Below, one piece after another: positions 27,717 to 37,018 of a stretch of 60,138 nucleotides of DNA. A model generated the notes under the pieces. That model worked only from the letters and a program-made list of their open reading frames with translations, searched no databases and had not been told where the DNA came from. The position numbers and the translations under genes are program-made. How positions within the stretch are numbered: position 1 is the first letter of the stretch; each line of letters starts with the position of its first letter. The stretch comes from Bacteroidales bacterium (GTDB lineage: Bacteria > Bacteroidota > Bacteroidia > Bacteroidales > UBA7960): NCBI GenBank assembly GCA_003567625.1, contig PWZB01000070.1, positions 1 to 60,138 on the forward strand. The letters run 5' to 3'.

Positions 27717-28325
27717 CTAAATTATATCTGCTGAATCTATAATATTACCACCTTTTTCCTTGATTTTGTTAATCATCTCATAGAAACCGATTTTATCAAT
27801 CGGACGGGTTGCATCCTTAATGAAAAAAGTGTTAAAACCGTTGTCAATGGCGTCGAGTGCTGTAAAAGCAACACAAAAATCGCCTGCCAGTCCGCAGATA
27901 TAGGTATCGGTAACATCTTTTTCCTTTAGATAACCGGATAATCCTGTTGATTTCTTTTTTCCATTATCAAAAAATCCGCTATAGCTGTCAATGGCGGGAT
28001 CTGTGCCTTTCCGGAAGAATCCTTCTATGACAATAGTGTTCAATTCGCCTGATAACTCGGCTCCAATTGTACCCTGAACACAATGGTCGGGCCAAAGAAT
28101 TTGTTCAACACCACCAAGAGTGATCTTATCAAAAACTTTTTTATTCTTATGGTTCGAGGCAAAACTGCCATGATTGGCAGGATGCCAGTCCTGTGTGGCA
28201 ATTACCAAAGGAAACTTTTCTTGCAGTATGTTTATAAGCGGTATTATTACATCGCCCATGGGTACTTCAAGTGCCCCGCCGGGCAGAAAATCATTTTGAA
28301 CGTCTACGATTATAAGTGCTTTCAT
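27717..28325 (-). CDS. pncA: Nicotinamidase/pyrazinamidase (isochorismatase fold)
   Basis: MKALIIVDVQNDFLPGGAL, ATQDWHP and the catalytic Cys context (ICGLAGDFCV) are present. Confidence 0.9.
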   Translation of the reverse strand: MKALIIVDVQNDFLPGGALEVPMGDVIIPLINILQEKFPLVIATQDWHPANHGSFASNHKNKKVFDKITLGGVEQILWPDHCVQGTIGAELSGELNTIVIEGFFRKGTDPAIDSYSGFFDNGKKKSTGLSGYLKEKDVTDTYICGLAGDFCVAFTALDAIDNGFNTFFIKDATRPIDKIGFYEMINKIKEKGGNIIDSADII

Positions 28326-28553
28326 CTGTGTTAAATGTATTTAAAGTTTTAATTTCTAATAAATATTTTCGAATAACGAATATTCTACGAATTTACGAAT
28401 TACTAATAATGATCATTGGTCATTTGTTTATTAGTTAGGTGTTTAATGTTGATAATAAGCATTGTCAACTGTCAATTGTCAATTGTCAATTGTCAATTGT
28501 CAACTGTCAACTAGATTACTGCCGACTGCCGACTGCTTACCGATTACCGATCA
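28326..28553. repeat. Copy 2 of the dispersed modular intergenic element, ending in a 13-unit heptamer tract
   Basis: The 16-mer is at 28333-28348, followed by CGAATAACGAAT and TACGAATTTACGAATTAC. The 37-nt module is at 28435-28471. The heptamers TGTCAAC (TGTCAAT)x4 (TGTCAAC)x2 TAGATTA (CTGCCGA)x2 CTGCTTA CCGATTA CCGATCA span 28463-28553. Confidence 0.9.
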
Positions 28554-29977
28554 CTTATTTTTTCTTCATTAGCCTGATATTTCAAAATTGTTTCTTCTCT
28601 CAAATCCATCAATGTTTTCGATATTCCCACTTTATAAATGTGTGGAAAGTCGAATCTTTTATGTTCATCAGGTAACAGGCTGAGACGGTATTTCAGGTAT
28701 TCATTTATATTTTTTACATCTTGTGTTTCAATAACTCTATTACCATTTTTCATAACAGGTATTGTCAAGGGTTCTGTTTTAAAGTTTGTCAGGCTCACAG
28801 ATTTGCTTTTTTCGAATGGATGAAACATTTTTTCAGGGATTTTTTCATTTACCAAAGTTATGGCATCACCATAAAACAGATTTTTACCGTTGTAATATCT
28901 GATTATTTGTTTTTTACCCGGCAGTGTTATTTTTTGAATATTTTCGGAAATTTTAAGTTTTGGTATTCCGTCGGTTTCGCAAAGTTTATAGACTCCGTCC
29001 ACTGCGCCGTCGGGATTGCCGGTAACCAGGTTTGTGCCTACGCCAAATATATCAATTGGTGCTTTTTGTTCGAAAAGGCTTTTGATAACGTTTTCGTCAA
29101 GTTGGTTGGAAACCACAACAGGAACATAATTCAAACCTTCTTTATCTAGTATTTCCCTGGCTCTTTTTGATAAATAGGCAAGGTCGCCGCTGTCCAGCCG
29201 TATACCTTTAAGTTTATATCCTTTTTTTTCAAGCTCTTTTGCAACAATAATAGCATTTGGAACTCCCTTGTTAAGGGTATCGTATGTATCGACCAGGAGT
29301 ACGCAGGAGTTGGGGAAAACACTGGCGTATGCCCTGAATGCTTCCAATTCCGATTCAAAACATTCAATAAATGAGTGGGCCATTGTTCCGGCGTGCGGTA
29401 TGTTATATTTTCTTGCAGCAATAACATTTGATGTGCTGTTAAACCCGCCTATAATGGCGGCTCTTGAAGCCATTATCCCTCCATAGGATTGTGCACGCCT
29501 GAGACCGAAATCGCTAAGCACCTTATCTTTAGCTACCTGCCTGATACGGGCAGCCTTGGTAGCTATCAGCGATTGATAATTCAGAACATTGAGCAACAAT
29601 GTCTCAATCAACTGTGTTTCAATTAAATTACCTTCAACGCGCACAATAGGCTCAAAAGGAAAAACAACATCTCCTTCCTGAACCGAATAAATATCACCGC
29701 TAAAAGAAAAAGTTGAAAGGTGATCAAGAAAATCGCTTTCAAAACCCGAACGATGTAAAAAGTCAATATCATCCTTTTCAAACCTCAATTCAGCAATCAA
29801 TTCCAGCAACTCCTGCAATCCGGCAAAAACCATGTATCCTCCTTTGAATGGTAATTTTCTGAAAAAATAGTCGAAACAGGCAGAAGTATCAGCCTTTTGA
29901 TGCTTAAAATAAGCTTTAGCCATTGTAAGCTGATAGAGGTCGGTATATAGTGGTGATATTTTTTGTTTATCAAACAT
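28544..29977 (-). CDS. pncB: Nicotinate phosphoribosyltransferase
   Basis: 477 aa with N-terminal LYTDLYQLTMA, then HAGTMAHSF and LVDTYD. Confidence 0.9.
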   Translation of the reverse strand: MFDKQKISPLYTDLYQLTMAKAYFKHQKADTSACFDYFFRKLPFKGGYMVFAGLQELLELIAELRFEKDDIDFLHRSGFESDFLDHLSTFSFSGDIYSVQEGDVVFPFEPIVRVEGNLIETQLIETLLLNVLNYQSLIATKAARIRQVAKDKVLSDFGLRRAQSYGGIMASRAAIIGGFNSTSNVIAARKYNIPHAGTMAHSFIECFESELEAFRAYASVFPNSCVLLVDTYDTLNKGVPNAIIVAKELEKKGYKLKGIRLDSGDLAYLSKRAREILDKEGLNYVPVVVSNQLDENVIKSLFEQKAPIDIFGVGTNLVTGNPDGAVDGVYKLCETDGIPKLKISENIQKITLPGKKQIIRYYNGKNLFYGDAITLVNEKIPEKMFHPFEKSKSVSLTNFKTEPLTIPVMKNGNRVIETQDVKNINEYLKYRLSLLPDEHKRFDFPHIYKVGISKTLMDLREETILKYQANEEKISDR

Positions 29978-29984
29978 TGATTAA

Positions 29985-30521
29985 TCACTTAGAAAGCATT
30001 TTTAAAGTTTCTTTATGTACCAGGAAATCATGGTTGCTGAATAAAACCATTCTTATGGTTTTCAGTTTTTTAAGCGTTTTCATTTTGTTAATGATCTCTT
30101 TCAATGCTACCTGTGCGGCTTCTTCAACGGGATATCCGAAGGCTCCTGTAGAAATGGCAGGGAATGCGATGCTTTCAATGTCTTTATCTTCACAGATATC
30201 AATAGCATTTTTGTAACAGTTTGCAAGGAGTTTGTCGTGCGGAATATCGCGTTCATAAACCGGTCCGAGGCAATGAATAACATATTTGTTGGGCAGGTTG
30301 TATGCGTTTGTAATAACTGCTTCACCGGGTTTTATCGGTCCAAGCTCAGTACTTTCTCTTTCAAGCTCCGGCCCGGCAGCCATGTGTATTGCACCGGCTA
30401 CACCGCCACCTATACGTAAATACGCATTCGCCGCATTTACAATAGCTTCTATATCGTTTTGATTAGTTATATCACCCTGAACGATTTCAAGATTTGCATT
30501 TTCAATTTTCATTTGTTTCAT
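29985..30521 (-). CDS. Macro-domain protein (O-acetyl-ADP-ribose deacetylase / ADP-ribose binding)
   Basis: 178 aa with QGDITN...IVNAAN...GGGVAGAIH and AFPAISTGAFGYP. Confidence 0.88.
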   Translation of the reverse strand: MKQMKIENANLEIVQGDITNQNDIEAIVNAANAYLRIGGGVAGAIHMAAGPELERESTELGPIKPGEAVITNAYNLPNKYVIHCLGPVYERDIPHDKLLANCYKNAIDICEDKDIESIAFPAISTGAFGYPVEEAAQVALKEIINKMKTLKKLKTIRMVLFSNHDFLVHKETLKMLSK

Positions 30522-30647
30522 TGTTATAAAAAATTTTTAAAAAATTATCATGCTAATATTAATATAAAACATTTAATTTATTATTGTAAAAAATTCTGCG
30601 AAGTTATATGCAAAGATAAACAAAGATATACAAAGCATAAAAAGGGG

Positions 30648-32039
30648 TTAATTATTTATACTTTTTACAACAAAAACCTGCGAAGTTTCATACTTAACTA
30701 CTTTAACTTTTTCGCCTTTATCAATAAATCCTGTAAGTGCAGTTGCGTCATAAATTTCGTCGTCTATTTCGATTTTCCCGCTTGGTCTGAGCATGGTTGT
30801 GGATATACCTGTTTTTCCTTTCAGTGTTGTCATAACAGGATTTGCCGAGCTGTATCCTTCTTTGGTTTTCTGGACTGTATCCAGGGCAAGTTCACCAAAG
30901 TGTGAAGTAGAAAACAATTTTTTACTGATATAAAAGGAGGTTGTAAGCGATACAAAGAAAGCAATTATTACAATAAGAAAAGCCATCAGCACATCTCTTA
31001 CTGGCACACCTGTAAAATCTAATCCATCTATTTCCACCATTGCCAGGGCCAGCCCGACTATTATCATCAATATTCCAAGAATGCCTGCAACGCCGAAGCC
31101 GGGTAAAGCAAAGATTTCCACGCCTATCAGTACAATACCAACAATAAACAGGGCTATTTCCCAGTGTTGAGCGATACCTTCGATATAAAGTGGGGCAAAA
31201 TATAATACGGCGGCTGTAATAGAAACAAGCAGGGGGAATCCGACACCCGGTGTTTGAAATTCAAAATATAAACCACCCAGGATCAACATTATAAGAATAC
31301 CACTTACCACGGGGGATACCAAAAAATTTATAAAACGGTCGATAAAGGTGAGCCGTTGCTCAAAAATCTTGAATTCTTCCAGTCCTGCATGTTTCAGGAC
31401 TTCTTCCGTATTTTCGGCTATCCCTTCGCAGAAGCCCCAGCGCATAGCTTCCGAAGCCGTAAAGGTGAGTACTTTTCCGGCTTCAATAACACCTTCAATT
31501 TCTATTAACGGGTCAACCATTGCCTGTGCAATGTTAGGGTCGCGGTTTTTGGCTTCGGCAGTTGAACGCATCATAGAGCGCATATATGATTGATATTTGT
31601 CGGGTGCTTCCTCACCGGTTTGGTCTACAACCGTCGCAGCCCCAATATTGGCCCCCGGTCGCATGTAAATCCTGTCAGCAGCTATTGATATAAGGGCACC
31701 GGCCGATGCAGCATTAATATCTATAAACACTATTACCGGTATAGGCGATTGTATAAGCATGGTGCGCAATTTGTCGGCCGCATCCACCATACCGCCATAA
31801 GTATCCATGTGAATTAATATAAAATCGGCACCTAAACTGTCTGCCTCTTCCAGTGCTTTTTCAGCCGTTCGTACAACCGGCGGAGCAATATTCTCACGAA
31901 TAGGGAATTTATAAACCAGAAACTCCTTATCAGGGGTTTTTTCAATGGCTTCCGATACGCGGTCATGTCTTTGGCCGGTTATTGAAAAGGAAAGGACAAG
32001 AGAAATCGTTATAAGGAATAAAAGATTTTTTCGTTTCAT
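30648..32039 (-). CDS. NfeD-family membrane-bound ClpP-class serine protease
   Basis: It has a signal peptide, a ClpP-like domain (DTYGGMVDAAD...INAASAGALIS), 4-5 TM helices and a C-terminal OB (NfeD) domain. Confidence 0.8.
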   Translation of the reverse strand: MKRKNLLFLITISLVLSFSITGQRHDRVSEAIEKTPDKEFLVYKFPIRENIAPPVVRTAEKALEEADSLGADFILIHMDTYGGMVDAADKLRTMLIQSPIPVIVFIDINAASAGALISIAADRIYMRPGANIGAATVVDQTGEEAPDKYQSYMRSMMRSTAEAKNRDPNIAQAMVDPLIEIEGVIEAGKVLTFTASEAMRWGFCEGIAENTEEVLKHAGLEEFKIFEQRLTFIDRFINFLVSPVVSGILIMLILGGLYFEFQTPGVGFPLLVSITAAVLYFAPLYIEGIAQHWEIALFIVGIVLIGVEIFALPGFGVAGILGILMIIVGLALAMVEIDGLDFTGVPVRDVLMAFLIVIIAFFVSLTTSFYISKKLFSTSHFGELALDTVQKTKEGYSSANPVMTTLKGKTGISTTMLRPSGKIEIDDEIYDATALTGFIDKGEKVKVVKYETSQVFVVKSINN

Positions 32040-32249
32040 GCGTATAAAATTTATTTAAAGTTCTGGTATTTTCTAATAACGAATTATTTACGAATTACGA
32101 ATAATGGTCATTGTTTATTTGTTTATTCGTTTATTCATTAAGTGTTTAATGTTGATACTAAGCATTGTCAACTGCTGACTGCCGACTGTGGACTGCCAAT
32201 TATCAATTATCAATTACCTATTACCGAATACCCGTTACCCGTTCACCCC
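32040..32249. repeat. Copy 3 of the dispersed modular intergenic element, ending in a 12-unit drifting heptamer tract
   Basis: The 16-mer is at 32047-32062 (1 mismatch) and the 37-nt module at 32138-32174 (35/37 identical to copy 2). The heptamers TGTCAAC TGCTGAC TGCCGAC TGTGGAC TGCCAAT TATCAAT TATCAAT TACCTAT TACCGAA TACCCGT TACCCGT TCACCCC span 32166-32249. Confidence 0.9.
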
Positions 32250-32348
32250 GTTAAATAAACTATTTTAAAATTATTGTTGTTTTGATCAACATCAAATCAG
32301 CGCTACAACCTTGTATAATATATTACTATGTTATTTAACAAGGGTAAA

Positions 32349-32411
32349 CCCGTCACCCGATACATTCAATTATCACACATTAACACATTGGCACATCACC
32401 GCTGGTCACCC
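32349..32411. repeat. Second heptamer-phased tract, abutting the aldolase stop codon
   Basis: CCCGTCA CCCGATA CATTCAA TTATCAC ACATTAA CACATTG GCACATC ACCGCTG GTCACCC. The stop codon at 32406-32408 lies inside the last unit. Confidence 0.65.
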
Positions 32412-33065
32412 CTGGTTTCCCTTTTTATAGTCGGCAAGAAACTTTTCCAGCCCGATATCAGTAAGCGGGTGGTTTAACAGTTTAAGTATCGGGTCGAGCG
32501 GGCAGGTAACGACGTCTGCTCCTGCTTCGGCACATTTGATGATGTGGTTACTGTGCCTTATGCTTGCTGCCAGTACTTCCGTTTCAAAACCATGTAGGTT
32601 GTAAATATAAACTATTTGTTCTATAAGCGAAACCCCGTCATAAGACACATCGTCTATCCTGCCAATAAAGGGCGAAACATAAGTAGCACCGGCTTTGGCA
32701 GCCAGTATAGCCTGTCCTGCAGAAAAAACAAGCGTGCAATTTGTTTTTATGTTTTTATATGTAAGGTGTTTTATTGCTTTCACACCTTCGGTGATCATAG
32801 GTACTTTTACAACAATGTTTTTGTGCAAAGCTGCAAGAGATTCTGCTTCTTTGATAATATTTTCAAAATCGGTAGCTATCACCTCAGCGCTTACATCGCC
32901 GTCAACAATATTACATATATCAACATAATGTTTCATGATGTTATCATGGCCTGTGACACCTTCTTTCGCCATTAGAGAAGGATTGGTGGTTACTCCGTCT
33001 AAAATACCAAGATCATGTGCCTGGCGTATTTGATCAAGATTAGCTGTATCTATAAAAAATTTCAT
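32406..33065 (-). CDS. Transaldolase-family protein (type 3B transaldolase / fructose-6-phosphate aldolase)
   Basis: 219 aa with MKFFIDTANLDQI...GVTTNPSL, the Schiff-base lysine context (VVKVP) and SPFIGRIDD. Confidence 0.9.
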   Translation of the reverse strand: MKFFIDTANLDQIRQAHDLGILDGVTTNPSLMAKEGVTGHDNIMKHYVDICNIVDGDVSAEVIATDFENIIKEAESLAALHKNIVVKVPMITEGVKAIKHLTYKNIKTNCTLVFSAGQAILAAKAGATYVSPFIGRIDDVSYDGVSLIEQIVYIYNLHGFETEVLAASIRHSNHIIKCAEAGADVVTCPLDPILKLLNHPLTDIGLEKFLADYKKGNQG

Positions 33066-33140
33066 TGGCTGATTTTTTTTGATTGATAAAAAAAATTCAA
33101 AACTATTTTACAAAAATAAGAAAACAGATTAAACAAATAA

Positions 33141-33242
33141 AAAAGGGTAAGTTACTTATATCGCACCGCTACAACCACCTTACCCTTGCTTCCTTCCGGA
33201 CCTGGGGGAGTTCGGTGGGAGCTGGTCGTATAAGACTTACCC
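33141..33242 (-). ncRNA. ffs: Small signal recognition particle RNA (4.5S type)
   Basis: The minus strand reads GGGUAAGUCUUAUA...CCAGGUCCGGAAGGAAGCAAGGGUAAGG...UAUAAGUAACUUACCC + U-run. It has the conserved domain IV motif, a long closing helix, a terminal U tract and a TACTTTTG -7 box just upstream. Confidence 0.88.
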
Positions 33243-33247
33243 AACTG

Positions 33248-33255
33248 CAAAAGTA
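33248..33255 (-). promoter_or_regulatory. Candidate -7 box (TACTTTTG) for the SRP RNA
   Basis: It matches TAnnTTTG and lies 5-6 nt upstream of the predicted 5' GGG of the RNA. Confidence 0.5.
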
Positions 33256-33429
33256 CAAAAAAAATAGAACTTGTGAAAGCTTTGTTGTTTTATTTTACTG
33301 AAATAATTTATATAGTTTTAAAAGTGGTAAGTGTGGCGCTTTGGAGTAAAGTTTAAAATAAAAGGTAAAAATATATTGTATTAATAGATGCTTTTTGCTT
33401 GAGTTTGTTTCTCATAAAAAGGAATAAAA

Positions 33430-34017
33430 TCAGCGATTAAACAGAAGCCCAATTTGAATGACCGGGCTTTGGTAGTTCATGTTATCAGCGAAATAATAGC
33501 TTGTTTGCACTGTTAGAAGAAGCCTTTGGGTAATTTCATAGTCAGCACTTACAAATGGTACATAAACCATAGTGCCATAATCATAAAAGTATGCTTCATT
33601 AAGCTCATTACCATCCTGGTTTGTAATGTGCAGGTTGTTTATATTGCCCCTTCCAATGCCCATAGAAGCATTATAGCGGAATTTTCCTGATTTGTGGGTA
33701 ACTCCTAAAAAAACTCCTCCATGAGTGAGTGATATATATGAATTTTCGGAATCATCAGTTTTATAATTAGCATTTTGTCTCCCCCCATAAATGCCGGCTG
33801 CCAGTTTTGATCCGATATAGTACCTGAGAATACCTCCGATTCCACCTCCTCTTGCAGTAATTTTATAATCAGGATTTTGCATTATAACATATGATGGCTG
33901 AAGTATTAACATACCGCCACTGTACAAGCTTTTTTTTTCAATACCGTTGATTTCACTAGCGTTGGCTGATAGAAAAAAAGTAAAACATACCATTAAAAAC
34001 AAAATATAAACCTTCAT
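33430..34017 (-). CDS. Hypothetical outer-membrane beta-barrel protein
   Basis: 195 aa with a signal peptide, a Gly/aromatic-rich alternating pattern and the C-terminal residues LLFNR. Confidence 0.45.
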   Translation of the reverse strand: MKVYILFLMVCFTFFLSANASEINGIEKKSLYSGGMLILQPSYVIMQNPDYKITARGGGIGGILRYYIGSKLAAGIYGGRQNANYKTDDSENSYISLTHGGVFLGVTHKSGKFRYNASMGIGRGNINNLHITNQDGNELNEAYFYDYGTMVYVPFVSADYEITQRLLLTVQTSYYFADNMNYQSPVIQIGLLFNR

Positions 34018-34190
34018 TGCGTTATAGTTTAATAAAATGCAAAATTATGCAAAACAATAACATTTTAGGATTATAATTTGCAAAGAAACTATATTTATAT
34101 TCCGATGTCAGAATTTCAACAACATTGTTTAATATTACATATGGATAACTGCTAACATCCAAAATTGTATTTTTAGCGAGCATTAAAAAA

Positions 34191-36641
34191 TTATTCCGCC
34201 TTTAAAGCGTCCACGGGGTTTGCTCCCGATGATTTTACTGCATGGTATGCAATTGTAATATAAGAAATAGATACAGCCGCAGTTGCTGCAATCAAAAATG
34301 GCCAGGGGGTTATACTTATCCTGAATGCAAAATCAGAGAGCCATCTTTCCATATATATGTATGCAAGAGGAAGGGCGATAATAATACTTACAAAAACGAA
34401 TAAAGCAAAATCTTTAAATAATAGTCTTATTATATCCGTAGTTACTGCACCGTGTGTTTTTCTGATACCTATCTCTTTTGTACGCTGCTCAGCATTGAAT
34501 CCCGAAAGGCCGAACAGTCCGACAAGGCTTATAATGATACTCAGCAAAGCAAATATTCCGAGTAAGTTAGCCGTATTAGTTTCTTCGTCGTATGAAGCAG
34601 CAATAACTTCATCAATGAAGAAGTATTCGAACGGATGACCGGGGAGCTCACTGGTAAAAACTTTTTCAATGTGATTTATAGCATCACTTGCATGTCCCGG
34701 TTGTATTTTTGCAGTTATTAGTCTGTCTGTTCTTACTGGGAATATTGCCATAGGTTCAACCGGCTGGTAGAGAGACTGATAATTGAAATCGGAAACTACA
34801 CCTATTACTTTGCGGCTTATTATCGTATCAAATAATTGCCTGTTAATAGTTTTACCTATTGGGGCATCCCATCCATATTCACGTGCAGCGCTTTCATTTA
34901 TTATTATTGAATTGGCATAGTCAGTTGTTAAATCCGGATCAAAGCCCCTTCCTTCAACAATCTTCATTTCAAAAAGATCTATGAATTCTGGTTCTATCAT
35001 TAATATTCGCATAAGGTTTTCTTCAAAGCCATGATCAGTCTCAACGGATAACCCCCAGGTTTCAATAATTGAACTTGCTGCCGGTATGCTTCGGCTAAAG
35101 GCAGTTTGCGTTATCCCGGAATATTGTTCAAGCCTGTTCTTAAATCGCTGATTCCACTCTACCTCATATCTTTTGCTTTGAGGGATGCTTACAGTAACAC
35201 GATATTCAGGTTCAAAGCCCAAAGATTTGTTATACATATAATTAACTTGCTGGTATACTATCAATGTTATGGTTATAATGAAAATGGAAATAACAAACTG
35301 AACTGTTAATAATATATTTTTCAGATTGACTTTTTTACCTTTTAGCTTGAGCTTGTCCTTTAATACATCAGTAGGTTGTATGCGTGATAGGTACAATGCC
35401 GGATAGCTTCCTGAAACAACGCCGGTGATAATTGCTACAGTGATCAGGATAACAATTATCATGGGATTATCTATAATATTAAATGATAATGATTTGTTCA
35501 TAAGATGATTGAAATAGGGGAGAGCTATTTCAACGAATAAGCTGGCTATAAGAAGAGCAATAAGAACAAAAAGTAATGCTTCACCGATAAATTGACTGGC
35601 TATATCAGCCCTCTGGGCACCTAAAACTTTTCTCATACCGACTTCTTTCGACCTTTTTAAAGATCTTGATATTGCCATATTCATATAATTTATTGAAGCA
35701 ATCAAAATCAGGAATATTCCAATAGCTATAAATATGGTAATGTAGGTTTTATTACCCTTGTGTGGTATTGATGAGGGATTGGGGATTTCAGCCTGTATCC
35801 TGTTATCAAAGTATATTTCCTGTAGTGGGGTAAATATGTATGAATAGGAACCTCTTTTTTCATCAGGCATGGTGCCGCCAAAAACATGCCTTTTAACAAA
35901 TCCGGGTATGTGATTTTGGCGAAAAGCTTCTTTATCAAACTGATCCTCCACCATAAGGTATGTATATATATTATTGCTTGTGAAACCGGGGGATGCACCA
36001 AAAACTTGATGCACAAACCTGTCCATTCCATAAAAAGGAATAAGAAAATGAAATCTTAAGTGAGTATATTCCCTGGGCTCCTCTATCACGCCTGTTACCT
36101 TTAAAGAGTACTGATCTTCAACGGAAATTATTTCGCCGACCGGATTTAGATCACCAAAATATTTTTCCGCGTTTTTTTTGGTCAGTATAATACTGTTTGG
36201 TTCAGACAATGCCGTACAGGGGTTGCCATAAATGAATTCATAATCGAAAAAATCAAAGAAGTTTGTATCGACAAACAGAACACCATCCTCATAGAAGGCC
36301 CTGTCTCTATATTGTATTAAGAAATCACCATAAAACATACTTGGATAATTAACCCTTACAAAATCTTTAATTTCGGGAAAATCATTTTTCAGTGCTTCAC
36401 CAAATGGTATAGAAGTTACCGCAGCATGTAAAGGTTTGCCGTCAATTGTAAACTCTACTTCGGCGCGATATATATTATCAGCTTTTTCATGATGACTATC
36501 GACAGAAAGTTCTTTTATAACATGCAGAAAAATTATAATTGCTGCACACAGACTTAAGGAAAGCCCAATGATGTTAAGCGTTGAATATAATTTGTTGCGG
36601 ACAATGTTTCGCCACGCTATTAAAATGTAATTTAGTATCAT
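34191..36641 (-). CDS. ABC transporter permease, FtsX/MacB type (two FtsX domains plus periplasmic core domains)
   Basis: 816 aa. The 4-TM FtsX module is duplicated, and N-terminal NIVRNKLYS and KVLGA/KTHGA motifs are present. Confidence 0.85.
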   Translation of the reverse strand: MILNYILIAWRNIVRNKLYSTLNIIGLSLSLCAAIIIFLHVIKELSVDSHHEKADNIYRAEVEFTIDGKPLHAAVTSIPFGEALKNDFPEIKDFVRVNYPSMFYGDFLIQYRDRAFYEDGVLFVDTNFFDFFDYEFIYGNPCTALSEPNSIILTKKNAEKYFGDLNPVGEIISVEDQYSLKVTGVIEEPREYTHLRFHFLIPFYGMDRFVHQVFGASPGFTSNNIYTYLMVEDQFDKEAFRQNHIPGFVKRHVFGGTMPDEKRGSYSYIFTPLQEIYFDNRIQAEIPNPSSIPHKGNKTYITIFIAIGIFLILIASINYMNMAISRSLKRSKEVGMRKVLGAQRADIASQFIGEALLFVLIALLIASLFVEIALPYFNHLMNKSLSFNIIDNPMIIVILITVAIITGVVSGSYPALYLSRIQPTDVLKDKLKLKGKKVNLKNILLTVQFVISIFIITITLIVYQQVNYMYNKSLGFEPEYRVTVSIPQSKRYEVEWNQRFKNRLEQYSGITQTAFSRSIPAASSIIETWGLSVETDHGFEENLMRILMIEPEFIDLFEMKIVEGRGFDPDLTTDYANSIIINESAAREYGWDAPIGKTINRQLFDTIISRKVIGVVSDFNYQSLYQPVEPMAIFPVRTDRLITAKIQPGHASDAINHIEKVFTSELPGHPFEYFFIDEVIAASYDEETNTANLLGIFALLSIIISLVGLFGLSGFNAEQRTKEIGIRKTHGAVTTDIIRLLFKDFALFVFVSIIIALPLAYIYMERWLSDFAFRISITPWPFLIAATAAVSISYITIAYHAVKSSGANPVDALKAE

Positions 36642-37018
36642 TTAAGTATTGATTATTACTATTATAGCTCATCAAATGTCATGCAAAATAACTTAAATAA
36701 CTAATATACAACAATAAACAAATTAGCAAATAAAAGTTAATGCTCATATTCATACACATTTGTACGAATATGAACATGATTTTATTATAATAGTTTAAAT
36801 GTTTAAAAGTTTATGGATTGAGCAGTATTAATTAAAGCTAAAGCCTGTCTATCAACTATTTGTTCATGGTACTGTGGCTTTTTGTATTTGTTTCTTTGTA
36901 AATTCAATTAATAAGGTGACAAAATATTAAAAAAATCATTTTTTAGTTTTGAAAAAAAGAACGATATTTGCACACTCAAAAATAAAATATTAATTCTAAC
37001 TAAAAGATTTACAATTAA

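Noticed and set aside
33083-33301. 72-aa plus-strand ORF
   Set aside because: It overlaps the SRP RNA gene on the opposite strand and is an artefact.
33930-33938. A9/T9 homopolymer inside the 195-aa outer-membrane protein gene (codons EKKS)
   Set aside because: It could mediate slipped-strand phase variation, but A/T runs of this length are common in this AT-rich genome and the gene is in frame.
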